Positions 19,765 to 32,800 of a stretch of 64,000 nt of DNA are shown piece by piece (positions within the stretch are counted from its first letter, which is position 1; every line of letters begins with the position of its first letter). A model generated the notes under the pieces. The model ran no database searches. It was not told where the DNA came from and saw only the letters and a program-made list of their open reading frames with translations. The stretch is taken from assembly GCA_964642015.1 (NCBI GenBank), contig CAZXLF010000008.1:18705-82704 (forward strand), written 5' to 3'. Source of the stretch: an uncultured Planctomycetia bacterium (GTDB lineage Bacteria > Omnitrophota > Gorgyraeia > 2-02-FULL-51-18). The position numbers were made by a program, and so were the translations under genes.

Positions 19765-20502
19765 TTATTTGGAAATCAATTGCACGATCTCGGAAGCCGT
19801 CGCTTCGGCCGTCGAGGTGATCGTGCTGATCCTTCCTCTGAAATATGAATAAAAAGCGAGGCACGGTACCGCGATCACAAGTCCGAACGCGGTATTAATC
19901 ATCGCCTTGGCAAGTCCTTGAGTCAGAACGACCGGGTGGATCGTCCCCAGTTTGAAGTAGTTGAATGCGTCGATCATTCCTATAATAGTGCCCAAAAGAC
20001 CCAACATCGGCGCGATGACGGCCATATCGCCAAGATAATTGAGGTTCTGCCAAAGCTTTTCGATGCGCGCCTTGCCTTCATACTGTACCGCGCCTTCGAT
20101 CACGGCCTTGCCATGAGAAAGTCTGGATAACCCTTTAAGCGCGATCGATGAGATCATATTCTCCTGCTGCTTGCATACCGAAGTGGCCTTCTGGAACTCT
20201 TTTTTTTCCAACAGAAAAAGCAGGTTTTCTGTAAAATCGCGCGGCGCAAGTTTTTCAGGGTTAACATGCATGAAATGGTAAATGATCGAGGACACAGCTG
20301 CAACAGACAAAAGTCCTAAAAAGATCATGCAGGTACCGCCGGCAACGACCAGTTGCCATAACGTAGTGCCTTTGTCTGCTGTTTCGGAAACCGCACCTAC
20401 ACCGGTTTTGGCCGCGAAAGCGTTGTACCCGACGAACAGTATCGCAAGGATCAGCAATGGCAACACAAAATAAAGGAAACGAAATTTTTTTAACATATCC
20501 AC
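19765..20502 (-). CDS. exbB: MotA/TolQ/ExbB proton-channel family protein
   Basis: 245 aa. A signal/TM helix is followed by the ExbB core with GLLGTIIGMIDAF and a C-terminal TM helix. Confidence 0.85.
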   Translation of the reverse strand: MDMLKKFRFLYFVLPLLILAILFVGYNAFAAKTGVGAVSETADKGTTLWQLVVAGGTCMIFLGLLSVAAVSSIIYHFMHVNPEKLAPRDFTENLLFLLEKKEFQKATSVCKQQENMISSIALKGLSRLSHGKAVIEGAVQYEGKARIEKLWQNLNYLGDMAVIAPMLGLLGTIIGMIDAFNYFKLGTIHPVVLTQGLAKAMINTAFGLVIAVPCLAFYSYFRGRISTITSTAEATASEIVQLISK

Positions 20503-20557
20503 TCCCGTGATTGATGAACTGTTGGATTGATGCTGGATAAAAATTCTTTGTTGGATG

Positions 20558-20567
20558 TATTATAACA
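20558..20567 (-). promoter_or_regulatory. candidate extended -10 promoter for exbB
   Basis: The minus strand reads ttTGtTATAAT (TGnTATAAT) about 55 nt upstream of the exbB ATG. A GGGAG Shine-Dalgarno sequence lies 5 nt before the ATG at 20502. Confidence 0.35.
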
Positions 20568-20611
20568 AATATTTTTTTGGAAAGAAAAGGATTATCCTTG
20601 CCGGAAGACGG

Positions 20612-20649
20612 ACAAAAATAAGCTCCGCCGAAAGGATTCCGGCGGAGCT
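20612..20649 (-). terminator. Rho-independent terminator for the giant gene
   Basis: A perfect 10 bp GC-rich inverted repeat agctccgccg / cggcggagct (20621-20630 and 20640-20649) encloses a 9 nt loop. On the minus-strand transcript it is followed by UAUUUUUGU (complement of 20612-20620). It lies 160 nt downstream of the stop at 20810. Confidence 0.6.
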
Positions 20650-20809
20650 ATGAGCGCATTTGAAAAGTCGGCTACGCTCCGGACTGATTGGGATCGGTCG
20701 CGCTCCAGAGTAACGTATAGAAGCGATTTTTTGGATCGTTCTACTTCTCCCAAAGCGCGGGATTCGCGAAGCGTAGCCTAAAGATTAACAATGTAATGAA
20801 CAAAATACC

Positions 20810-23800
20810 TTATGCAGCAGAACCTATCGTCTGTGTTGCTGCCTTGACCGCCGATATCCATATCGCCCATTCAACCGGTGCGATCTTCGGCAAATATTTG
20901 AATACCCCATCCACCAGCTTTATGAAACCAGGAAGTTTGTCGCTCAACAGGTCGAGCACCAACAAGATCTGGGCTGCCTGTAATGCACCGCGAGCAGAAC
21001 GCTCTTCACCACTCTTCAATTCAAGCAGAAGCGCCTTCTTCTCGGAGCTGATGACAATATCAGCTTCATACTCTTTCTCGTTGGCAATGAGTACAAAATT
21101 TTTGTCTTTACCGTTTTTATCCTTTCCGAGAAGACCTGGAATTTGGGACAATTTCTTTTGTGCGTCGGAGATAAAATAGACATTATTCCCAAAAATACCT
21201 TTGATTTCATCCAATTCACCATTTTGAAGACCTGCGAGGTCGGTGTCGGATATCAAGACGCCCGGTGTCACAGCTCTTGCTTCGCGAATGTCTCTTTGAA
21301 TATCAACCTTGTTATCTTTGAAAGCCTTCACGTCATAGAGCGCATAACCAGCTACTTTACCAGCGTTGGCGAGTTCTGCTAATCTGGCCCCCACAGCATT
21401 TATCTTCTTGATATCGACCCCATAAACTGATTGCACAAATTCAGGTTGTCCAGCCAATGAAACAGCTACTTTCGCAGTGATCGAATCTGAAATATCATCA
21501 TTGCCAACTAACGCGCCGATCTGATCAAATGAAGCTTTAAGATCCGCAACCGCTTTCTTTCTGGAAGCATCGTTGCTCGCTTTGGATGCTTGCGACAAGG
21601 CGGATGCAAAAGCGGGCACGATCTCATTCAAGCCGGTTCTTAAATAGGCTTGACGTGTACGATAATCCAAAGTGAGTGTGACTTCTGTCGGACGAGGTAA
21701 ACGCAGTTCGCTTAGCGATCGGATAATCTCGGTTCGGATAGATTGTTCTTGTTCAGGAGTAAGATTCTGCTCGAGCGCTCTTGTCAGCTCTGTGAAAACT
21801 AAATTACTGATCGCATTGAAAGTCGCCAATTCTTTATCATTCAGCTGTCTCAACGCATTGATAAGGTTTCGCTTAGATTCGGGAGATTCGATCGTCGATT
21901 TATCGATGATCAAAGAAAGTTTGGTCTTGGAATTCAAAGCTTCGTTCACGGAACCAAAGATTACGGCATTGACCTGGCCTTGCTCGGCGCCGATCGATTT
22001 TACAAAGGCATCAAACTTCGAACGCGCTTCTTCGTTCGCACTTTCAGGGAGCACAAAGCCGATGTTCAAAACTGGTTGTTGAGGCAAAAGCTGCGCACTG
22101 GGCAGCTCCTGTTTTTCAGCCAGTCGAGCGCCCTGTTGCTGCAGCTCGGTCAATTGAGTAATATAATTGTTCAGACGCGTGATCGCTAAATTTCCGGCAG
22201 CTGAGGCGCGCCCTTGTTTTGTATCAGTCAAATATTTAACTGCAGCTTGTACCGAGACTAATATGTTTCTCATTTGAGCAATAGCACGATTAATATGACC
22301 GTTGACATCCGTTTGGCGGCTCTCAATCGCTAATTGCAATTCTCTAATCACGGCGCGCGTGGGAACAACCGTTTTATCTAGATGCAGGCGGAAAAGAGGA
22401 TCTTGATGCTTCGAAATCGCTTCTTGGGGCGTTTGCCAATTGCCTAGTTCACCCATCGCAGCTAAAAATTCTGTGCTGATTGCTATTAATCTTTCCGAAG
22501 GTTCTATCCGTTCTTCTTTGGCTAAACGCGCGCCGGCAACAACATTGGCATTAGAAATATAATCAATGAGTTTTTGCCGCTCATCGATACCCCTTGGTTT
22601 TGTCAATTCCTTATCTTGGAACCAAACAAAAATAAGTGCCTCTCTTAACAATTCAGATACAGGACGTTCGGTATAAGCCTTATAAGTCCTTGTGTCCATA
22701 CCCGGATTATTGCTTTCGTCTTTCACTATCTGAGTAATTGTCTCGGCATGCGCATCTATTATAGATTCGCCCGGATAATCCGCTCCGTTCAATTCTGTCA
22801 TCACAGCGGTTAAGCCTCTAAAATTATCAATACCGGATACCTCTGACAAATTCAAAAGCGTTTGATCCAATCTTTGTTTCTCTCCGGCAGCCAGAACTCC
22901 TTCCAGAGATTCTTTTGATTCAATCCGACGTTGAGCAAGTCGCGCACCGGCAGGAGAAACTTTGAAAAGCTCCTCAGCGCCTTTCCCGGCAAATTTTTCT
23001 GCGAGCTGTTCTTTTGTCAAAAGCAGCGGCTCTGTTTGAAGCGCTTGATGCAATGTTGCCCAAAATGCAGGATTGATATCCAGATGTGTCAGTTCGATCA
23101 AACGATCTCCGCGATATCCGCCGGCTTCAATCTCGGCTTTAAGAACATTCGCTTCCCTCACAAAATATGGAGTGAGCACACCTTTAATATAACGATAAGA
23201 CGGACCGTAAGCGCCCGTGCCTTCATATGTGATATGAATGATCCCTTCTTCGGCATTAAGTCTCTTGGCTGTTTCAAATGCTTTGCTCCCCGGTAAAATC
23301 AGTTTCAATCCCTTGGGGATAAGCGCCAGATCAAGGTCCTGTTTCTTCTGTCCGGAAGGTAACAGACCGGTGCGCGGAACAAATTGTCCACGAGAGAAAC
23401 TGCCGCTTACGGCAAAGCCGTATATCTCCCCTTCATCCACTAACTGCTGAAGCTCATTGATCACACGACGCCACTGAGGATTATCTTCAAAATACTTCCT
23501 GATCGCTTCGTTTTCCGCCGAAAGTCTGGCACCTTCTGTTTTGGCCTTTGTTTTATCAAAGAAATCGCGCGCGGCATGGCTTGCGGTCAAGATCGATTGT
23601 TTCGCGCTTTCAAGATCCGGCGTCTGGAAAGTCACACGAACGATAAATGCTCCTTCAGGGGTCACTAAAAGCGTATTCGTGACCGCTTTGCCTGACTTTT
23701 TACCTTCATCTGGAATAAATAGAACGCGATGAAAATCATTTGCGAATTGATCTTCGAAGGTAGAGGGTGAAGCGCCTGTTACGCTTGTAATTGCGAGCAC

Positions 23801-26800
23801 ACCTTTGCCTTTGACCGCTTCTTTCGAACGTGCAGAATTAAAGATTTCGTCCGGCAAAAATTCGCGGTAGCGGGCTAATTCCTCATTAGTATATCCGTAA
23901 GCTGTCGCAGCGCCGTAATTCGACGCGGTCGCTTCCGATGAAACGAAGCTATGAGGGAATTGGGCATTCGGCCGGTTGGCGATCGCGATCGTAGCCGCTG
24001 TCGCTTCTGCGGAACCGCTGCGCCCAAAAACCAAAAGGTGTCTTCCATTCAGGTCCGCACCGATACTTGCAACCACACGCGGCAATAGATCGCCATCGCC
24101 GGGCGTTTGGATCTTAAGTCCCGGATATTGCGACTGCAAGGCTCTCGCGTCATTGATGATCTGTTGATGACGATGCTGCGAAATAGCCTTTTCGTAATCT
24201 TTCTGCAGATCTGCCGCCCTGGGCCCCAGGGTCAAGATGGTAGCCTGATTGATGAAATCGGATTTAAACGTTGTGAACTCAGGACTGTTCACATCAATGC
24301 CGAGAGCTTCAGCTTTTACTTTCGCTATCTTCTCTAAAGCTGTGCTCGGCAGATCGAACGGCGTCACGCCTGCATCACTTGGCGCATTAAAGCTGACACC
24401 TCCTATACGAAAGTTATCGTTGATCAGAAAACGATTACGGCCATCGAGCTGGCTCTGAGAATCCTCTTCAAAGAACGAAAATAACGAAGTGCTGTCCGTC
24501 GGCGTAGACACCGCTTCAGGAACGATCAATCCATTCGTCTTTTCAAGCGCATCGCCGACGAAATAAAGGATTTTTACTCCTTGAGAACGAAGATCGCTAA
24601 GATGAGTATTCAAATCCGTCACGCCGCCGTACGGAATCTTTTTACCTTGGAAATAAACGCTTCCTAAATCTAATGAGTACGACAGATCTCTTGAGCCTTC
24701 ATCGGCCAATATCGCAACCGCAATATTCGGATTATGCTCCGTAAAATACTGAATGCTTCTCTCGGCAAAGTGCACTGCGTTGCCATCAGCGACTTCTTTT
24801 ACATCTTTACCCTGACCAGCAAAAAGTATCGAACCAAACGCCTGGCTTGCAGAAGAAGCAACCGCGAACGACGTTAAAGGATTATTCAGTGCCGTCGAAG
24901 CGGATTCAGTACGCGTATCGCCGAGAGCTTTGACTTCGATCTTCTCTGCTTTCAGATTGTAAGGGTTGCGTTCGAGCGCTGGACCGAAGTTTTCTGGCAC
25001 ATTGACCGGGATGAATTCCGCCAGGCGCGCTCCTGACAAAGCAACTGAAGACTTGGTGCCAATAATTCCTATTCCTTCAATGTTCACGGACGTGCGGTTA
25101 TATTGCCAGCGGCCTTCGCGCTGAATGCGCTCGATAGCCCGGTTCCTGCCCGTCAACTGTTGATTCTCGGCTGTCTTCAAATCTTCAGGATTGGCCTTGG
25201 CTTGGTCCGCAGCGTCAAATACATCGATCGATTGGACATGCGAATCCTTGAGCCCAATGTTCAAAAAGAACGGGAGAGCAGGATTCAGGTTATTTCCGTG
25301 GACAAACGCGTTCTTCAGCAGATCATTGATAATATCCTGCACTTCGGTATTTGCGGACTCGCCTTCAAACGCAAAGTTAAGCTGGGATGATAAACTGGAT
25401 AAAGCCAAACTGACCGATTTATAAAGATATTGTTTAGGATATGCTTGCAGACTCGTTAAGTCTATCCTGATCGCTTTCCCTTCGCGGACCGCTCGGACCA
25501 ATTCGGCAACCTGGGATTGACTGTAAGCATTGTTTAAGTCAAAGCTCAGGATCTCTTTAGCAGTAGAAACGTTCCTAACGTGCTCCGATAAACCTAACTC
25601 ATTGCCTGCTAAACGAGCACCTTGCTTTGGAGTCGGAGTCACAGCGATCGTATATAGCGAATTTTTATTTTGAAGAATAAGTCCAAGTACTCTATCGTAA
25701 TAGAAGCTTAGCCCGCTTACCTCTTTTTCAACACCGGGAGCGATCGAGTAATTATGGCCAGTGGCACGAGGCGACTCAATATGAAAAACCTCAAGACCAT
25801 TGGTGACGGGATTAAAGTCGATCTTCCAAGCGACGCTAGATTCGGGTGCAGATGCAGGTGTCTCAGGCGATGAAAAAGCAACAAGAAGCGCAAAGCTTCC
25901 CTTGTCGGCAACAGGATAACGCCCGCGCTCTTGAGGGCTAAGCCTTTGCGGGGAAACAGTTATAGATTCTAGCCCCCTAAGGAAAGTTAATTTTGCCTCA
26001 GCGGCCGTCAATTTTTCAATACCGGTCAATTCACTTTCCAAAACACCCTGGCTGACGGCAACATTTACGATACGCCTGACCGTTTCCACACCAGTTGCGC
26101 TCGACAAGGATATATTTTCCGCAACGGGAAGATTCGATAAAGCTCTGTTCGCACTGACGATGGCCTGCTGTTTGACTTCTTCATTAGTCAGCCGAGCGCC
26201 CTGCGGACGTGTAGTTTCATATCGGGTCCGAGCCTGAGTTAAGTCATTGAGCGCCTTCGCCAATTCCACATGCGCCACTTCAACTTCTTTCTCAGCTCGG
26301 ATCGTTCGCTCTATTAATTGAATCCTGTTACTCGGAACCTCTCTAACATCAATGGTCTTCGATAAATAACCTTGCCTTTTCCACGATTCCAATTCTTGAA
26401 TAACTTGCGCTGCAGCAACCTGCACGCCACCAGCTTCTCTTGTATAAATTGTTCTATCCTGGGATCTAATGAATTCACCTCGTGCGTCTTCACTTGATTC
26501 AATTTGAGCCAGTTTACCGCGCGCCACTGGACCAGGGTTTTTTCTTAATTCTTCAAGAAGAGGTATATAATTAACTTGCCCGTAACTAGGCTCTCCTTGT
26601 GATTCTGAACCTGTCCTTAAAAGTGGGAGTAATTGTCCTAGATATCCGATCGTGCGGTTATCGACCCCTCGATCAGATGAAATACCGTGACCTGAAAAAC
26701 GATCCAGTATCGCCGGATTTCTTGTTAAGATGCCTCTGATTAAAATATCAAAATCTCTCCGGAAATTTTCATCTCTAAATCGCTCTGTAATGCGCGTCGC

Positions 26801-29800
26801 CCACCGGCTGATATCATTATTATCAGCGCCGCCTATAAACTTCTCTAACAGCCTTTCGGCCGTCTCCTCCTGGGCTAGCCGGGCTCCGGCTGCCATTACC
26901 TCTAAATTCTCTATAATTTTTTGAGCCGCGCCCAGCGCTGTCAATGTTAGCTCAATTCTTTCCTGTACACTTGTTTCAGGCCGTTTCGCTATCTCGTGGA
27001 AATTGTCAATGCTCTGTTTTGCCTGCTGAAGCTGCGGGACGCCGTTAAAAACATCTTCCAAATATAAGAGAAGATCGGAATGGCGGTCTTCATAATCCAC
27101 ATGGAATGACAGACTCCAATCCCCAACCGTACCTAGCGAACGGACATAGTCAACGCTTTCAAAAAATCCTTTATAGCCGGGCGTACTCACTTTAACGACT
27201 TTCTCGGTCAATCCGTTCTGTTTGTATTTCCAGAAAAACGGTGAAAACCTTTCATTGAGCCCGTCCAATATTCTTCTCGCCTCATCCTGTCCAACGGTCT
27301 CGATATTTCCCAAATTTTTTCCAGCTTCCACAACTTTTTCCCTCTTATCACTTTCTTCAACGACGCCGGCAAGGAACGAGATCATCTGCCGAGCGGTCCT
27401 ATCCACACTCACTTTTGGCGATTGGAGAAGAGCGTTACGCGCCATCTCTCCGTATTTTTCCTTATCTTGGTAAATTTTGCTGAAGTTGACCAGAGCATCC
27501 AGGAAACCCGTTGTGGTAGGTTCGCCTTTACTATTAAAGGGTACGTTGAAACCGTTGGCGACTGCCTCGTTGTGTCCATCATAAAATGTGACTGATTCAG
27601 GCACAGCTCCATCGTGGCTGGCGATGATCAAGGCGCCATTCATTTGCGCTTTTTGAAAACCGGTGGCAGACGCTTCGCGTCCATCATCCGCAAGCATCAC
27701 CGAGAAATCAGTTCCTTGAAATAACTCAGGAGCTTCCCAAATGTTATAATTATCAAAAAATATGACTCTCTCCTTCAGCCGGCCCGTTTTATCGTCGTTG
27801 ACCGCTCTTAAAATTCTGTAATATTGTGTCAGCCCGTAGCTATCATCCTGGTGGGTTCTACCTCCAAAAACGAACACGATGCCCGAGGCGAGAAATGCCT
27901 CTCTCATCACATCGTTCTCTAAAACATCGGCGAATCGTTCGAGTCTCTTATATTCCACAATTCTTCTCACCCAAATGCCGATCGGGTTTTTATTATTGAT
28001 GGTCTTCTTGGCCCATGCCGACCAATCGTAACCGTCTTTCTTTTCGGCCATTCGTTGAGCAAGAAATTCCACAAGACGTGCACGACTTCTATCTTTGGCG
28101 GCTAAAATCTGATCGTTACTCATTCTCCTTACTTTTTCCAGATCTTTGAATTCATTTTGAGGCCAATAGGTCGAACTTACGCCATTAGTCACAAACTTGA
28201 TCTTAGAAGAAAACTGTCTCAAGAGGTCCATCTCCTTCATAACTTTGGCATGTTTTTCAGCGACGCCAAACACGCCATCCGAGGCATTTATAATGAGAGC
28301 TGTTGCATCGATCTTCCCTGTTGTGCTGTCCCGCACAGGCATGGATTCATCATAATATCGTGAGTCCACTTGCAGATGTTTCAGTGTCTTATCATCCCAA
28401 TGAGGATGCGCGTACAAAAGCGGAGTATGATCGTTAAAAATATAACGAGTACCCTTAAAAAATGGGTCGTTCTTAAAAGCGCTTCTTGCTGTGTCGCCAA
28501 AAACTTGGTGATGAACCATCATCGCTGAAGCTTCGCTCATGATCGTGACATCCGGTTTTTTATCCAATTTTTTAAGCAACGCAAGCGTTCCGTGACCTAA
28601 AATCCAGCTGTGATCGAACCTTGCCTCCTGCGCGTTATCAATATCGCGGACACCGGGATAAACGACATTGACTTTAGCAGTTATAATATCTTTGCCAAGT
28701 TCAGGAGCCAGGAAATAAACAGCTGCTTTACCATATACGCCCGCCGGGGCTTTTAGAACTTTTACATTTACTTTACGTCCGTCATACATGTCTACGGTGA
28801 TGTCAAACACGTGTTCCATAAGGTCTTTTAGATGGTGACTTACATTTTCTTTTTCAAGAGTAAGCGAACCATCCGGATGCACCTTCTGCACCCAAACGTG
28901 ATCATATAACAAAGACACCCCTGTCACGTCAGCGCCAAGTTCGCTGAGCGAAATCACTCTTTCCTTCAGCAATGGCCCTATCCCTCCTACTGAAGAAGCC
29001 ATCGCCGCTTTACGCATCTCGATCCTTCTTTGCTCATCCGTCAAAGAGCGATCTTCTTTTAATTTCGTCTGAAGGAGCCCCAATAATTCTCCACTCAAAG
29101 CCATTTCCATCGTAACTTCAACTATATGTTTATCTTTAAGAACAGGGTGATGAGCTTCAACAAACGATTGAGCTCCAGCAAGCCGTGCACCAGCTTCGGC
29201 CCGTTTAAACTTGAGCCACATAGGAAGCCTTCTGAAACCGTTCTTATCAGCCATGGCTTCCTGCAGTTTGGAACCTGCTCGCGCCTCCGCAGCTAGAAAT
29301 GTATTTTCGTAAACTGCCTGGACATCGCCGCTCGTACCGCCAACAATCGCATCGGTGATCTCAAGATCCGGATGTTTTTGACCGATGGCGTGAAGCGCTT
29401 GGACTGCATCGCTCAGCGTGGGATTACCTCTGATAAGAAGTGTCACGATACGATGATCTTTGGTGGTGGCAAAAATCGTCATCGGAAGCTGATGGTCAGG
29501 GCCGGACCAGCCTAATTGATTTCCTTTGGTCGTCGAGCCACCGTTTGTAAAATCGATCTTGTCTATAACGCTTACCCCGTCTTTTAAGATGCGCACACCG
29601 GCGATCGCTTCTTTAAAAATAAACTTATCCGGATTTAAAGCATTACCGGCCGCATCATAAGGTTGGCCATTTTTCAGCTCAACGTCATGGATCCCCGCTT
29701 TGTCGGCATCGAAAACAAGGAACGAAAAAGTTCCATTGAGCGGTTCTCCGACGGTTTCATTCAGTCCCAGCGTGTCCTGAGGCTTCATCACAAGTTTACC

Positions 29801-32800
29801 TTGGTTCACGATCAGTGTATTTTTTTCCAGCCACAGACCTTGGTGGGAATTTGTAGCCAGAACAATTTGATCTTCGTCAGGAGCGGCCTGGACCGATCTT
29901 TGAAGATTCTCGCCTAGAAAATCCTGCGGTGTGATCCGCGCGGACGTGGTACCGAAACTACGATTCAAAACTTCAGGATGATAAACATTTTCCGCTTGGA
30001 TCTTGTGCGTATCTATAACGAACGCGCGGACTTCAGCGGAAGTTTCAGACGTGCTGATAGCGACATCCTCGATCGTCTCGAGACCGTCCACTTTTTTCCC
30101 TTGCTTGTCATTTAATTCACGTCTTGTAAAACTTCCGGTCACAGCCGCTTTTGTTGTCAGTCTCGCGCCTTGGGTGATTATAGCCGGGGCTGGTCTTTGA
30201 ACGATAAGCGCACCAGTGGGTTTTTCAAAAACAAGACGAACGGAAGGAGGCCCACTGCGCAGGATAGGAGGAGCCCCAAAAACTCTCGTCAATTCAGGCA
30301 CTGGCTTAAAGCCGGCCTGAACAAATCGCTCGGTGATCTTATCCATGCTTTCGTAAGTAAAAGGCAAAGGCATCCACTCGCGGAGGTTGAATAATACATG
30401 GCCCTGATAATCCTCCAAAGACAATAAAAGTTTCTGCTGTGCTTGGGTCAATTTCATATAATCCCTTGAAAGCTTCAGCGCTTTGTTTTTCCAGGGGCCT
30501 TCAGGCCAGAACTCAGCGTTTTTCAATTCTTTTTCAAATAAAGGTATAGATTGTTTTTTGTCCGCTATCAGAGTTTCAACGACGATCACGCGTCCGCCGG
30601 GTTCCAGGATACGAAAGATGTTATCTATCTTTTGTGTTTGAGTCTCCTCATCCATATGGTGTAGCGCCCATTTGATGATAGCCGTGTGCACATGGTTCGA
30701 ATCAATATAAATATCACCGCCTCTTTCTGGAACGTAATGAACCCTGCCATTTTCTGTTACAAGATCCTTTCGCCAATCGTTAACATCCGTCCCGAGTATG
30801 GTCGTATTATTGAACCTCTCATCTGCGGCTATGGCGAATGGAAGATCCGCTCGGCCGGTTCCGATATCGGCTATGATACCTTCATTAGGCAATATATCTT
30901 CGACCAAAGGCAACGCTTGCAACTTGGCAAGTTCCCTGCCGTGCGCGAACATGAGTTTACGCAATTCGAAAGGCAAAACACTCGCGGCTTTTCCCCTGCC
31001 TTGCGAAAACTCTTTAACAAACAGGTCCGCCAGGTCATACGGATCTCTTTCCCTGCCGCGTCTGTCTTTGTATGTCTTCAGTAGAAAATCCACCATCCGC
31101 TGCACAAGTTCCTCTCTGCTCATTTTCTCGCCTCTCAAGCTCACTGCTTGCGGATTCTTGCCAAACTTATAAAGCCCGGAGTTAGAAAGAATTTCCGTAT
31201 CAAAGCGGCGAAGAATAAGTTGAGCGAAAACATCGCGGACCGCTCGGTTTTCCAACGCAGGCAACGGATTGAAAGCAATATTTCCGCGCGGGGATATACT
31301 CGCTGCCAGGCGGGCTCCCTGGATCAGATACAACGCGCCGACAGCTTTATTCAAGGCATTTCTGTCAGAAGGAGTGGGGCTTGGACTCTCAGACAACAGA
31401 TAACTTTGATATCTACTTATGACGGATCCAATAAAATCGTCGATCTGCTCCCTTGTAGACCATTGTTTGCTTTGGTTGGTAAAGCTTACGAGGTCTTCTC
31501 TGACATGATAGGACTGGTCAGTGATCTCGCTGGCTAAAGTGGTCAGGATACCTGACACCTGATCCTGAAGACGAGAGAATTCAAAAACAGCCTTTGTTTC
31601 CGTAACAGCTGCCTTATTTACAATGGCATTATTACCATAATAGATCGCCACCGTATCGCCCCGTTTCCAGCTGCTATAATGTGAGGGAGTAACGGCTCCG
31701 TTCTGGCCCACAACACCGGATTTTTCATCGATAAGATTCAAATTGACTGTATCACCGTTGGGCAATGCCTGGAAACTGAGTCCGGCAAAAGACCAATTTT
31801 GATCGGTTAGTTTCAAGGTCTGTTCAAAAGCAGCGATCTGAGTACCGGCGAGCCGCGTGCCTGCTGGTGGCTGAGGTGCACGGCGAGTGTTGAAAAACTC
31901 CAACAAATCATTTTTATCCCTAAAATCTTTTATAGGATAAGCTTTCCATGGCTGTGCCAGATCAACGACCTCGATCAGATCGGCCGGAATTGATGTGCCC
32001 AAATAATCGGCGGTAAGATCACCGAATTGCTGAATACCATTCGATTCTCCCCGTTGAGGCTGCGCAAAAATAGTCGGAGCGTCTTTGCGGATTCGTATCG
32101 CAAAAGTATTATGTTGAGTACGTGGATTTTCGATAAATCCTAATGCAGATGGCGCATCCCAGAAGAAAAGATATTGAGAACTGTGCGTCAAAGAAAATGT
32201 CTCATCGGTCGGTTGCTTTAAAGCGGCTGAAAGACCGTTGGCTCGTATACTTTCAAACCGATCGATCTTTGCTTCATGATAGATATATTGTGCCAAACGT
32301 TCTTTTTGCTGATAGATCTGCTTAGCTTCGACAAGCCGTTGATGACCAGAAGAAACAGGACTCTCTTTGGCAAGTTTTTCATCGATCTGGCTGATCAAGT
32401 ACTCATGAAGATCCTTCAATAGCAACGTATTGCGGGCTACTTTTTCTTCTGCCGCTTTTCTGGCTTCGGGAACCCCTATGACATCCGAATGAGCACCGTA
32501 TGGAATTCCATAGGGCAGCGTCACGTGTTGAAGATAATAAATAGGAATATGCGGAATATTCGCTAAGGCGTAAAGTCTGCGATGCGCTGCTTCTCTTTCG
32601 ACCGCATTATCAGAATGGGCATACGTATCGACGCTACGGGATATCACTCGCTTCGCCGCTTCCACTAAAATATCTTTTGGAAGATTTTCTAATACCAAAT
32701 CCTGTAGAAATTGGCGAAGATGTTGGCTGACATCACTCGTATTCACGAGCAAGTATTGCGCGACCGCTTCGATCTGTCCTTCTCGAGTTGAATTTTGCGG

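Noticed and set aside
20670-20778. A long-range 9 bp inverted repeat (ggctacgct / agcgtagcc) in the giant gene's 3' UTR as a riboswitch or sRNA
   Set aside because: Only 9 bp with a 91 nt spacer and no recognisable conserved riboswitch core. It is noted under the terminator finding but is too weak to call.
1-20800. tRNA, rRNA, integrase, transposase or IS elements
   Set aside because: Intergenic gaps are tiny (mostly under 120 nt) and none shows cloverleaf-like arms or terminal inverted repeats. No integrase or transposase motifs were seen in any ORF.
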